DNA of 64,000 nt from NCBI RefSeq assembly GCF_018977255.1, contig NW_024704752.1, forward strand, positions 14,942,001 through 15,006,000, given 5' to 3'. The position numbers and the translations under genes were made by a program. Below are positions 11,405 to 24,585 of the stretch, piece after piece. How positions within the stretch are numbered: position 1 is the first letter of the stretch; every line of letters begins with the position of its first letter. The notes under the pieces are model-generated. The model did not search any database, was not told the origin of the DNA, and worked only from the letters and a program-made list of their open reading frames with translations. This stretch comes from Callorhinchus milii (taxonomy: Eukaryota).

Positions 11405-12750
11405 AACAATAATAAATTGGTCATTTTCAATCTACGACTGTTTGTGGGACATTGCTGTGCGCCATTGGCTGCCGCGTTCGCCCACAGATATACAGTCAAT
11501 TCACTTTACAGTGTCTTCTGTCCTCTGTCCTCTGTCCTCTGTCCTCTGTCCTCGGTCCCCTCCTCTTCACCCTCTATATGCTCCCCCTCGGTGACATCAT
11601 CCGCAAACATGGGGTTAACTTCCACGTGTATGCGGATGACACCCAACTCTACCTTTCCTCCTCTACTCTCAACTCCACGACCACCGATGTCCTGACAGCT
11701 GCCTGTCCGACATCGAGTCCTGGACGAGAGACAACTTTCTTCAGCTCAACGTGCGCAAAACTGAGGCCCTCCACATTGGCTCACGTCAGCGCCTCCGCAC
11801 CTCAGGCGCTGACACCATCAGCATCCAAGGCTGCACTCTCCACCTCTCAAAGCCAGTCAGGAACCTCGGCGTTTTGTTCGACCCTGAGCTGTCCTTTCTC
11901 CCTCACATCCGCACCACAACTGGCACCGCCTTCCATCACCTCCGGAATATCGCCAGATTACGGCACTACCTCACCCCTCACGCTGCTGAAACCCTGGTTC
12001 ACGCCTTTGTCACCTCAAGGCTGGACTATGGGAACTCTCTCCTCGCCGGCCTTACCGGCACCTCCCTCCACAAGCTGCAGGTCATTCAGAACTCTGCAGC
12101 TCGTGTACTGTCCCGCACCAGGCTTCGGGACCACATCACTCCCACCCTTGCTCGCCTCCACTGGCTCCCCATCCCCCAGAGGATTGATTTCAAGATCCTC
12201 ATCCTCACCTACAAGGCCATTCACGGCCTCGCTCCCTCCTACCTCTCCAACCTACTATCCCCCTACCTACCTGCCCGTACCCTCCGTTCCTCTGGCTCCG
12301 GTCTGCTCCACGTCCCCCGCCCCAACCGCCCTACTATCGGTGGTCGGGCCTTCAGCCTCTCAGCCCCGAGGCTCTGGAACTCCATCCCCCAGTGCCTTCG
12401 CCTTGCTTCCTCCCTTTCCTCCTTCAAGGCCGGTCTCAAAACCTTTCTCTTTGACCGTGCCTTCAGCTCCCCTCTCGACTCTCTTCCTCCTCCTCCCTCC
12501 CTCCCTTCCCTCCCCTCACCCTGACCATTTCCCCCCTCCTCTCTCCCTCCCTTCCCTCCCCTCACCCTGACCATTTCCCCCCTGCTCGGTCATGACCCAA
12601 CTGTGCAGCGCCTTGGGACGTCCTCCTGACGTGAAAGGCGCTCTATAAATGGAATCTTGTTGTTGTTGTTGTTCTGTGAAGCGCTTTGGGACGTCCTCCC
12701 GACGTGAAAAGCGCTATATCAAATGCAAGGATTATTATTATTATTATTAT
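11405..12750 (+). mobile_element. SINE (11405-11520 and 12672-12750) split by the L2 insertion
   Basis: The two halves rejoin to match the uninterrupted copy at 34901-35230 (opposite strand), ending atcaaatgcaagg(att)n. Confidence 0.8.
11547..12670 (+). mobile_element. 5'-truncated L2-clade LINE, fairly young, nested in a SINE
   Basis: [10 protein letters not shown]...[10 protein letters not shown] motif, then after a frameshift VRNLGVLFD...[10 protein letters not shown]...LHWLPI...GGRAFS; (TTG)n tail. Confidence 0.92.
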
Positions 12751-15728
12751 AAGGTCTTGAGATGTGCCTTGAAGGAGACAAGGGCGGGGGGGGGGGGGGA
12801 GTTCCAATGGGTGGAACTGGATATACTGTAAAACGGATTGACTGTATTTTGTGGGCAAAACACGAGAGGCAGTTGAACACAGCAATGTCCCATAAAGCCA
12901 TGGAGTGAATGACTAATTTTATTTGGGGATTGTTGGCCAGAACGCTGGGGGAAATAGTGCCATGCGTTGACTGCCATGGGTCAATCATATAACCTATCAC
13001 TTTACATAAAACAAAACTATTGAATACCGAGAAAACCAAGCTCATGGTGACAGGTGCTGCTGTTATGACATGTTTTATTAAAGAAACCTTTATATAGTGA
13101 TGTGCATGTACAGAAAGACCATTTACAGTGTCTTGATTGTCTCCTTCCCTCCAGAGGCTGTTTCAACTTTAGGTTAGTTAGTGACTGATACTTATACCCC
13201 TAAACAAACATGTCAAATTCTATCCTTAACCATTAACTCATGCTACTCTTCCCTAAAGAGAACAAAGACTTCAAACAGCTCACACTGGTCATCCTCCTTG
13301 CTACTGCAGTCTGTTTGTCAAACGTTTGAGACTAGTTCAACATATTCCCACATCTGGATGCCAAAGCCCCTCTATTTACACGTCTCTTTTGTACATAACT
13401 ACGCAAGGACATGAGGTAAAGGGAAAACAGACACTGTTGATTCGTATCAAGGTTTCAGTTACAAAGATATAGCAGTACAAATATTAAATAACTTCCATTA
13501 AAATGAAATACAAAATAGAAGAGCATAAAAGTCAGTGTAACAGAATCAAACGGTTTACAATGTTCAAGCGATTACAAATATGTTTCATATTGGCAAAATT
13601 TAACAATATATATATATTCCGATGATGCATGATTCTTATGTTAAGAACAACACACCCAGGATGCTTCACATGAGATCTTTAACATCCACCTTAACAAGCT
13701 GCCCCCTCCCTCCCCGCCTTCAAATCCCGCCGAAAGACCTTCCTTTTTGACCGTGCTTACGGTCACCCCTCCCTCTCCTCCTGGCTCGTTGTCAGACTCC
13801 GCCACTCTGAAGCATTCGGGGATGCGTGAAGGGCGCTATGTAAAGGCAAGTTTGTTGTAGTTGATAGGATCTCGTTTTAACATCACATCTGAAGGACAGC
13901 AACTCCAAAATACGGCAACATTCCCCCCTCCCCGGCACTGCACTGGAATGTCAGCCGAGACGATTCAGGTTCAAAGTCCCGATATGGGGCTTGAACCCAC
14001 AATCTTCTGACAAAGAAGCAAGAGTTCTACCACTCTGTTTATTGCATTAGTAACAACATCCCCACATGCAAAGCTGATGTAAATACCAACTTATCATCAT
14101 AGGCACAAACAACAATAATCATGATTATAATACCACAGCAATACTTTCAGGATTGAATTAGTTGGGTTCAATTTGATACACTTAAGAGTATTGCTTTCAA
14201 CATTGCAACACGTGCTTGGAAAGACTAGCCATTACAATTTCCATGCCGGGAGCAATCATAAGCTTCTAACATTGGGTCTATAACCTGAATGATATAATGT
14301 AATATGTTGAATATATTAAAACCTATCAGTTTTCTGATCAGTCAGTAAAAAGCAGTTAATTTACTGACTGAATTACATTTTGTCCTTTCTCTTTTCACAG
14401 ACGCCGATTCAGTTTTGAGGCATTCATCTTTGAGTGTCATCTGCAGTCTTTCTTTCTGGTTCTTTGGGAGTCATATACTCAGCAATCTATAGCTAACATG
14501 TTCACATACTTATGTTGTTACATTAATTAAGGTTTATGACTAATTAATTGTTTTCAAACTAAACTGTTAACTACTGTATTTCTTATTAGCATTAGAACAA
14601 CAATAGAAACGGCTATTAATAGGGAACAGTAACTCAGTTAACTACAAAATTAATAATGAATAATTTCTAAGGGCTGATGTTGAGGAATTATTGTTGTTAT
14701 CATTACATACTACATAATGCACATTGATTCTTAGCACAACCATGTTATATGATTTTTAAAACTACTACTTTATATAGTATCCTATATTGTCCCCTACAAA
14801 TCCTTGAAAATCCTTGAAAATGGTGAATGGTTAGAAACAAACATGGGACGTTGATTTTTGAATTTACAAAAGCAGTTAGCATTCAACGATATGCAAACCA
14901 TTCATTGTAACGTCTTGTCAAACAAATAAAATCACTTTATTCTGACTGTATGTCACACTATATTGTTTGCGTTTTCTGAAACAAATATCTTATGCTTTAA
15001 TCTGGAACACATCTCAAGTTTCAAGTTGATTCTATGCATCACAGCGAGCTGTTTGGAAATAAAAATAAGGTTTGAAATTAATTTGAAGGCTTTCTAAGAT
15101 ATGTAACAAATGTATACATATGGCCTGATAACTAGCAAATGAAGGTAAATACAGATAAATGCAAGATACTGCATATAGGAAGCAACAGCAACTTTTATAT
15201 AGTGCCCCTCATCTCAAAGTGCTTCACAATGACAAGAGATGCTGGGCAAGAGAAAGGAGAGAGGTGACTATAGTCACAGAAGAGGGACTATGTGTTTAAA
15301 AAGTGACAACTAAGTTTTAATCTGTGGGTGCTTGTGAAGTTAGTTGATGTCCATTTCTCATACATAGTATAATTGGTTGTATGCAAGTGTTTTACAGAAA
15401 ATGTGCAATCAGTCCTCTTATGTTGCTTTTGCATTTCATCTTTACACCACGCTCTGCCTGAAGTGAGAACGCACATTTTTTCTTCCCAAAACTAGGAACA
15501 CTGAAACCAGTGTAGAGCCCCCACTGCTGCACTGGCTGATTTCCGCTAACTCAACATAAACCAGGATTGAAAGTGGGTTATTCTTACAGCTCAGTTTCAC
15601 AGTAGGCAGTGAATTTCTCTTATTCACCATCAACGGCAATAATGTGACTGTTTCACATATGAAGAATTCCACCCAATGTATTGTGACATTAATATTGTAA
15701 ATATTTTAATATAATATGAATGACTTAC

Positions 15729-18700
15729 GTGAAGTGATTTCTTTTGCTTTTTTATAGAAAAGAAGATAAGCAGTTCCAACACTAAAAAGAATGATAAGTG
15801 TTAAATAATGCACAGACTATTATGTTAATTTTATGGTTATCTAACTCAAAATCTACACTTAGCTAAACAGAGCTATTAGAAAAGTCAACAAGTGATGTTG
15901 TTACAGTTGTATAAAACGCTGGTTAGACCTCATTTAGTGAATTGTGTGTAGTTTTCGTTACCAAAACTAAGGAAGGATATATTGACCTAAGAGAGTATGA
16001 AGCATTAATTTACTAGAATGATTCCTGGTGTCAAGGGCCTAAATTATGATGATAGGACGGAAAAGCATTGTATTCTCTCAAATTCAGGAGGTTGAGGGTT
16101 AATCTGATCGGAAAGTGAATAAAATTATAAAATAATTTGAAAGGCTGAATGGTGAGCAACTGTTTCCTCTAGCAAGAGAATTGAGGACTTGAGGTCATAG
16201 TCTTAAATTTGAGGTTAAACGCTTAAAAGTGAAATAAGGAAACATTTTTTCACACAACGGGTGGTAGTGTGAAAGTGTGAAATTCACTCCTCCAAAGGCC
16301 AATGGAGAAGGCGGAATCTATTGAAAAATTTGAAAGGCAAATAGATAAATACTTGATAGATAGGGGTCTCAAAGGATATGGAGAGAAGGCAGGGAAGTGG
16401 AATTAAGTTGTGAATCAGACATGATCTTGGAAAATGGTGGTACAGGCTCGCTGGGCCGAATGGCATACTCTTGTTTCTATGTTCCTAACAAGAAGCTACC
16501 ACTGGAACCACAAAGTGTAAAATTTCACGCACACACATCTTTGAAAAACGCCATATGTGAATATTTATGAATAACCAGAAATGGGGAGATGGAAACTACT
16601 TTGTATTTTCAATTGAATTTGACATTATTTGCCTCCAACAAAAAACTTACAGAGATTACAAAACAACAACAACAAATTACATTTGCATACGTACCAATCA
16701 TCACCAAGATAGGAATGTTTGGATGATCCAAAAGATATTTCAATATCTTTCCATGAAGCCTGTTGGAATAGACATAAACAATGTATACATTGAAATTACA
16801 AGCATAATCTGTGAAAATACAGTTTTAACAAAATAACCATTACAGGAAAATGATGAGCAAGCCAATTGTCTGACCAGTTTCAACAAGAGAAAAGTAATTT
16901 GAACCCATCAATTTGATAGCCTTATTTTGTAAGTACAGTAAAACTCACATAAATCCTATCAGTCGGGACCATTACAATTAACATGACTTACTCACAATCC
17001 AAGTCGCAGGCAAACTGTATACATGTAACTGTACAAGAATAACTGATATGTCGTAGAAAATCCGATTTAATCAATAATCTACATAGCGCCTGCGTAATTC
17101 AATGCAACAAGTAACAGCCCATGTGGTAGTTCATTACTGCAGCCAGTAAGTGCCCATACCGGTTTGATTCTGGCATTCCATTGACAAATGTTACCTTAGA
17201 GCCAATTCAGCTCAGTGTCGGTAGTCTAGTTTTTGAGCCCAGCTGGTCCACAGTACTCAAGGGCACTGCTGATGACAGCACAGTCAGCCTGTTTAATTGG
17301 CAGAACTTGGTAGGGCAGATTAGTCAATGGTGGCAGAGACACTTCCCACTTGTTAACCATGCAAACCAACATCCTAACAGGTAGAGTGGTCCTAGCTGGA
17401 CCACTCTACTTATTGGTACAGGGAAAATTTGCCAGGTCGTGCTCTCAATGGCAAGCTTTGTGGTTTTAGTTTGCGGTCAATGGACAGATGGTTTTAGCTT
17501 CTCAACTGAAGGATAGTAGCTCCAACAATGCAGCACAGCACTTGAACCCACAACCTCCTGACTTGGGAGGTGAGAGCTCTATCAAATGAGCCAGTCTATA
17601 CTGTGTTTATAAAATAAGCACAAGAGAAACATTTAGCAACTGCTAAATTGGTATGATTACAATAGCATTTCATATCTTAGAAAATATACCAGCACTTACT
17701 TTTGTAACTATTTCATCATTGAAGTAATACCATTCTCTTTCTGGTAAATGCCTTATATAAGCATAATAATGACCAAAGTATGCAGTGCCTCTGTGCACAA
17801 TCACAGAAAAAAGGTCATATATGGATTCATCCTGCAAATGAAAATGTAAAACTTAAAGTCATTGTAAAAATAACTCTTCTGTATAATACTCTCTTGGGTA
17901 AAGCAGGAGGTACTTTATTTTGCATCAATGCATGAGATCCATACCAAGCTAAATCTGGGTTAATGAATCCTAATATCTAGTTCAGAATCGATAAGTTTTA
18001 TTTTCCAAGATGACTGTCACCTTAAGTATAACACATGGCCATTATTGTTTAAAAATAAGCTCAAAGTCTTTTGCATTAGAAATTGTATCCAAGTTCAGAG
18101 GAAAGAAAACGTACCTCTTGGCCACGATGCTTGTTAGAAATCTTACATCTCTCAGGAAACGTCATAGAATCGCTGATTTTGACTGATTTCCTCAAATTTG
18201 TAGAATAGCCAAAGCGTTTTAGCTGAAAACATAGCACTTTTGGAAAATAAGCCATTCTGCACTGCTATTAAAGAGAAACAGTCTTGGTTAAATGAGTGAG
18301 TAAGCAGTCCTGTTTTTCTGTGAAATGCAAATGAAATATATCAATATTGACAATGCTGGAAAGTGTTATCTGGCATATTGTTTACTCTTGTGACACATAA
18401 ATGGCAGGATATGTTTTTTGTATAATAAAATAATATTTCCACTTTACATAGCATTGAAACATCTCAAAGTGCTTCACAGAGTTTTCTGTAAAGTGTAATG
18501 ACTGTGTAGTTGTAGGTGAATGTGACAGTCATTTTGCACATGGAAATACTATATCCTACAAACAGCCATGAAGTGAAAGACCAAAGTGAAAGTGGGAAAA
18601 TCTCCCTTCTTTTTTTGAAAAGTTGTCATTGGTTCTTTATCGTCCAGGCAAATTTGACCTCAGTAGCTACATAACTTTGGATATATATATATCACGACCA

Positions 18701-21700
18701 CAACTCCAGGTAATCTATTCCAGTAGCTGTCATCCCAAATCTCTGAGCTTCCCCATTATTTAACCACATCAATTCATTTGAGGAGAGATAAGCTGCTGCT
18801 TAACTTCTAGGCTTCCAACTGGTGGAACCACCAATCAATGCATAGGGATATATAATAATAATACTATTAATAATAATGCATTTGATTTAGCGAAAGTTGG
18901 CTTTTCTCCAGGACTTGATATCTGACAGACAATCTGCCAGGACAGAAGTGGTCAAGGAGTCAAGGGTGAAAGCAGAAAATAGAATTGGTCATCATACATG
19001 TGGAAATTCACCCTATTTCTGTAAATGACATCACCAGACAAGGACAGAGCATGAAGGTGGAGATGAGAGGGGAGGCGGTGGAGACGAATAAGAAGTCAAT
19101 CATATCGAAGACAGCAGAGAAATCAAGAAGAACGAGGAAATAGAGAGCCCTGGTCACAGTTGGACACAATGTAATTAGTAACTTTGACCAAGGCTGTTTC
19201 TGTGCTGTGGGCAACATGGAAACCAGATTGGAGAGGATCATACAGAGAATGGTAGGAGAGGAAAGTGTGAAGCTGGGAATCAATGCCTCATTTCAGGACT
19301 TTGGAGAGAAAAGGGGGTTTGGAAATGGGATTGTAGTTACAGAAAATGAATTGGTCAAAGAAAGGTTTTTTGAGGATGGGGGTAATAACGGCTGTTTTCA
19401 AGGGGTTGGGAATGGTGCCGGAAGAAAGAGGTTCACAATGTCACTATTCAGTGAAATTAAGCTTTAGAAATAAACCTGTCTACATGGGTCTGCATGCATG
19501 GTATGAAAAGAGTCAGTTAAACATAATGTTTTGACATAAGAACAGAATTCCTGGACTGATGCTGTAGTACCACACTCACCTGTTTTGTTTTTGTTTTCCA
19601 TTCACATTTGTCACAGTAGAATGCGTTTTCTTGGTCTAACTGATGATAACTAAAGAAAGCTTCAAATGATTTCTCCTGTGCAGATGAAAAATTAAAGTGA
19701 AAACAAAATCTGACAATGTTTGGGAACACTGCTTTTTATGGGATGTCGCTGTCTGCAAATTGGCCGCCTTATTCGCCAATAAATACAATTACTGCACTTT
19801 ATAGTACATCCTGTGTAGCACTTTGAGATGTTCTGGTAACATGAATGGTGGTAGATCAAATGCAAGGAAAAGCTTTGCTGTCAAGAAGCATTTTGGAGCA
19901 AATGGTAGTTTTCTACTTTCTTTCACACAACTGGAAAATCTAGGGAGTAATTTCAATCAAATTCAGTATTTGAATGTGTGTATATAATAGTTTAGAATTC
20001 AATTCTTTGGTGTTCTAGTTACCAAGCTGCCTCCCGAAAGAGTTATTTGGTTGATATTCTACTTTGTAAATTCACAAAGATTATAATCCTTGCATTTGAT
20101 ATAGAGCCTTATCAGTCTTCGAGGTGTCTCCAAGCGCTTCACAGAATATACTGTAAAGTGAATTGACTGTATATTTTCTGGGCAAAACTCAGCAGACAAT
20201 TGCACACAGCAGTGTCCTACAAACAGTCTTGCGACCAAATAATTTTTATTTATTTTGAAGGAATTATTACCCCTGGAAAAGCGATCCGCTAATTGACTAA
20301 CAACCAGGTTCCTACTTACTGCTGGGTAAACAAAGGCATGTGGAGAAAGGAAACTTGCCCAACATTTTGCCCTGCCAGGAATCGAACCCAGGGCCTCTCA
20401 CTTGTGAGGTCTCAGCTACAGGACACCAGATTAAACAGAATAAAAATTACAAATGAAATTGGTTGCTATGAATCAAAATATGAATGGAAAAAAAACACGT
20501 ACTATAGACTCATAAGGTGTATCACATGCAGGGTTATGAAGAGAAAGAGGGATATTCAACATTTCTTCTTTTTGAGTGAACTCCGATTCACATTCTGAAC
20601 ACACTGTATGCTCCTCAGTAGTAAAGCTAAAAATGTTAGTTTCTTCAACCTATAGAAAGATGAAATATAAAAGGTAAGCAAGTTTTTTTAATATCTGAAT
20701 TGTATTATTTATACTAGATCCAAAATGATAAGTAGCCACTTTCTTCCCAATTTAATAATCATATTGTAGTTTGACCACATTTGGTTAAACTATTTTGGTT
20801 AGACTACACTTGGGATACTGTGTGCAGTTCTGGTCCCCACATTATAGTACACATTATTGTATGTGGAAGTATAAAACAAACATAGTTAGAATCATCAGTT
20901 CAAATGGGACACTTAATAAGACTATTCAGAAATGGCTTGACAAAATACCTGAGGAACAAAATATCAAGTTCTTGATATCAAAATGTAGGTATTTTAGGAA
21001 GCTCAGATGTACTAAGAAAAAGTAACATCCATTCATGGGTAACATGGCTGTGTTATTTGTCGGGCTGTCCCATCACTGAAAACTATTTAGAAATTGTCGC
21101 TACAGAATGATTTGAACTGTAATAACATAATAATAATAATAAATAATAATAATCCTTGCTTTTGAAAAAGCACCTTTCATTAGGAGGATGTCCGAAAATG
21201 ATTCACAGGAATTCCTATGAAGTGGAGTGACTGCATTTGTAGGAAAAATCGGCAGCCAATTACGCACATCGATGTCCCACAAAAAGTCATCAAAAGAATG
21301 AATAATTTTATTTTATTTATTCGTTGGCGAGGACACCAAGAGAAACTCCTTTCTCTTTTTGAATAGTGCCATGGGATCTGTAACGTCCAACTGAACAGAC
21401 AGACTGGCCTTAGTTTAGCATCTCATCTGAAGGACGGCATCTCCAACAAAGCAACACCAACCCCCAACAGCTTCCTGGAGTGTCATCTTAGATTATGTGA
21501 GTCCAAGTCCTGATGTGGGGCTTTAACCCACAACCTTCTGACTCAGAGGCGAGAATGCTGCTAACTGAGCCAGGCTAACACAATTAACCAGCTAATTAGT
21601 GCTACCACCATTCATGCTCACAATATTTAGTTCACAAAGATTTACAAAAATGCACAGCACGGAACTCGCCACTTGACTCAACTAGTCTGTGTTGGTGTTT

Positions 21701-24585
21701 ATATGCCACACAAGTCTCCACCCATTTCTTTACTCCCTCCCATACCTTTCCATTCGCCTTCCCTCACATCAGGATCTAGATCCAGCTTGAATCCTCCTGG
21801 TGTCTACACTATCTGATTCAATCACCGCTTCAGGCAGTGAGTTCCACAATCTCACTACCCTCTGCATGAAGTAGTTCCTCCTACGTTTCTCTTTTTGATC
21901 CCTTGGTCACTATCTTATTTTTTAGTCCCTGGTTATGGACTCCCCAACCAGAGGAAACAGCCTATTTATGTTAACCTTACCGAACCCTGTTATCATTTTA
22001 AAAAACGTATTTGAGGTCCCTCCTTAAACATGTCTTCTCTGGCAAAAAAAGGCCCAATTATCCAAGTATCATCTTCACAAACCTATCCTGTACGCTTTCC
22101 ATCGCTGCTATATCCTTCCTACATTATGGATACCAGAATTGGACACAATACTTCAAATGTGGTCTAACCAAAGTTTTGTATAAATTCAACATCTCCTCAC
22201 CTCAGTTTCTGCAGGACTTACAGATCTATTTATACACTTTTGCTCTTCCTGGATCATATGCATGAGTGAACGAAAGAGTTCTTCAACATCCATCTGGAAT
22301 TCAACTTAAAATGAATGCAGACACTTAATAATATAATAATAATCCTTAAATTCGATACAGAGCTTTGTCATATCTTCTAGACATCTCAAAGCGCTTGACA
22401 GAATATAGTGATTTGACTGAAAACATTTTTTGTGGGTGAAACGCGGCAGCCATTGCGCACAGCAGAGTCCCACAAACAGCCATGAAGTGATTTGAAGGGA
22501 TCATTACCACCGGAAAAGTGATCGGCCAATCGACGAACAATCGGGTTCCTAATTACTGCTGAGTAAACAGAGGAGTAAGGAAACTTGCCCAACGTTTCAC
22601 CCTGCACAGGAATCGAACTCAAGTTCTCTCGCTTGCGAGGTGAGTGTTCTAACCACTAGACTCCCACTTTTATTAAAACAGCAATTAATCCAAAAAAAGG
22701 AAATCCTGTAAGAGTTTAATTCACAACAACAACTTGCATTTATCTAGTGCTCTTCATGTAAAACAACATCTTGAAACACTTCACATTGGTATGGCTGAAG
22801 TAAAAGAGAAATGGGGGGGGACCACATGAGCTATCAGATTTAGCAGATAATCTGGGAGTTTTAAACTTTATAAAGATTTATTTTAAAAGATAAAACAAAT
22901 ATATGAAACATTAGGCTTTTTATTATTCAGATTATTTTGACCTCTAATTCTCTCCCCTCCCCCCCTGAAAGATTTTGATTTGTTTTTCCTTCCACTTGAC
23001 AGTGAATAGAAATTCCACCTCGTTCTAGATTTAGACTATTTTCTTAGCAATTCAGTGTAAAAATAGATTCATTCAGTCTTCATTTTCAGAATACCTCACT
23101 CCCAATTTAGCTGAAACCCTCGTCCACACTTTCGTCACCTCCTGCCTTGACTATTCCTCTTCGACCGTGCTTACGGTCACCTCCTCCTTCCCCCTGTCTC
23201 GGCGTCAAGCTCTGCCACTGTTAAGCTCTCCGAGATGCTACCCCGCCTGAAGGGCGCTATATAGATGCAAGTTGTTGTTGAAATACAGAAATCTGTTCCT
23301 ACATTAAAGTTTCAGCTCTGAAATGTTAAGAAAATAGTCTAAATTTAGAGAAAGGCTTAACCACCTGCTCCAGGAACTGTATGATTTCAAATGTTCTGCA
23401 ATACCAATATGACATTCAGTTGACAGTAAAATTGTTCATGAAGGTAAGGAGGGAAAACATGAGACAGCACATAGATGTATGAATCTAATGATCCAAGGGT
23501 CTCTTTCTACACTTTCTAAAAGCTATTTACAGAATGGAAGAAGATTGGTTTCAGAAACAGTCATGAGTGTGCCTTCATAACTGAGAAAGTAGTGTAGGGT
23601 TATAGATGGATTTAATGATGGATGCAAATATCCTTAAAGGATAAAACAAAATACTTTCTTTTCTTACTCATTGTTAGATAAGAAACTGGTTTACCCAGAT
23701 TGTTTAAGGCTCATTGTTCAATAGGCAAGATCCAGCTATAAATAAGGTATCCATAGTTAGGTTTTTAGCATCAGTGTTCCAAGACGTTACCCTCGTGATA
23801 TAAATGCATGCTGTTGTTGTATACTCACCATTGATGTGGTGTAACTTTAAACACTGAACAAACTCTTCGACTCTCACGACTTCCTTTTTGGAATTCAAAT
23901 TTTGAAACACTTGATAGAGTTTGTACAAGACACTGTTATCCATTTCCTTCAGATTGCTTTTCCTTCCATACCTTTAACAACAAGGGTATAAAAGTTCTGA
24001 AATCCCATTTTATCAGACACACTGAAGTCCTATGCAATGCAGTGGATCAGAATGGGTAAATAAATAGATTTAATATTTTGGGTCGCATTTAACCTGAAGG
24101 AGTTACAAGTAAGTAATGCATGAAAGTTTTATCTAACGCTGTTATATTATTACCATTACTAATGGAGTTGCATTCCTGTTTTGGTACTTTAACAGATAAG
24201 AAACTGGTTTACCCAGATTGTTTAAGGCTCACCACCAGATCCCACCCAGCCCACACCACCCACTGCATCCAGTAGCAGTGAGGAAGAGCGGCATGAGGAA
24301 CCACTTCAGAAAAGGAATCCATATCCACCACAAACACGTGAATCAAAAATATTGGATATTTTTGAAGGAATGACACATTAAGTTGCACCCCTTTATATAT
24401 TAGATATTTGCAAAGGAAGTTAAAAACTATGGACTGAGGAATAGATTTGGTTGCTCAAAAACATTAGGTCAATAAAACTATAATTTACCTCATAATAATG
24501 TCTTTGTATTCTGGAATCATGTACAATGTCTGTAAAAGGACATTGACACTACAGTTTAGGCCTGTGTTGGTGAGTCCCACAAACT
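15729..24585 (-). CDS. USP18-like ubiquitin/UBL-specific cysteine protease (C19 family). Exons 24585-24489, 23971-23829, 22304-22222, 20649-20503, 19675-19580, 18264-18115, 17831-17700, 16759-16695, 15781-15729; termini uncertain (candidate ATG 25607, candidate last exon 15457-15288)
   Basis: In-phase GT-AG exons give Cys box [30 protein letters not shown], zinc-finger CSEC and [16 protein letters not shown], His box [29 protein letters not shown], and [10 protein letters not shown]. Compact catalytic-domain layout like USP18; orthology not established. Confidence 0.9.
15880..16490 (+). mobile_element. Decayed CR1 LINE 3' end
   Basis: ttgtataaaacgctggttagacctcatttag...tttactagaatgattcctgg...gaggtcatagtcttaaa...ctgggccgaatggc..tttctatgttc; same family as 40270-41550. 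Confidence 0.8.
19000..19430 (-). mobile_element. Decayed L2 RT fragment
   Basis: Minus-strand remnants [14 protein letters not shown] and [15 protein letters not shown]. Confidence 0.7.
20086..20420 (-). mobile_element. tRNA-derived SINE
   Basis: tRNA-like head (gggttcgattcctggc), body and (att) tail as in other copies. Confidence 0.75.
21128..21560 (-). mobile_element. tRNA-derived SINE, second head type (Deu-domain-like)
   Basis: Head agcctggctcagttagcagcattctcgcctctgagtcagaaggttgtggg, central ggagatgccgtccttcagatgag; related to 32541-33010. Confidence 0.7.
21640..22195 (-). mobile_element. CR1 LINE 3' fragment
   Basis: Reverse strand encodes [19 protein letters not shown]; CR1-type 3' UTR also seen at 55620-55850. 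Confidence 0.8.
22330..22665 (-). mobile_element. tRNA-derived SINE
   Basis: Head tagtggttagaacactcacctcgcaagcgagagaacttgagttcgattcctg; body shared with 34901-35230. Confidence 0.8.

Noticed and set aside
10336-11594. Many overlapping ORFs of 70-170 aa
   Set aside because: By-product of a GC-rich CpG island with few stop codons; low-complexity translations and no family motif.
11452-12570. 372-aa ORF as a host gene
   Set aside because: Chimera of SINE sequence, a short L2 RT stretch and an off-frame L2 reading.
23677-24231. 38-bp exact direct repeat (agataagaaactggtttacccagattgtttaaggctca) either side of a USP exon
   Set aside because: Real, but no element or function evident; treated as a local duplication.
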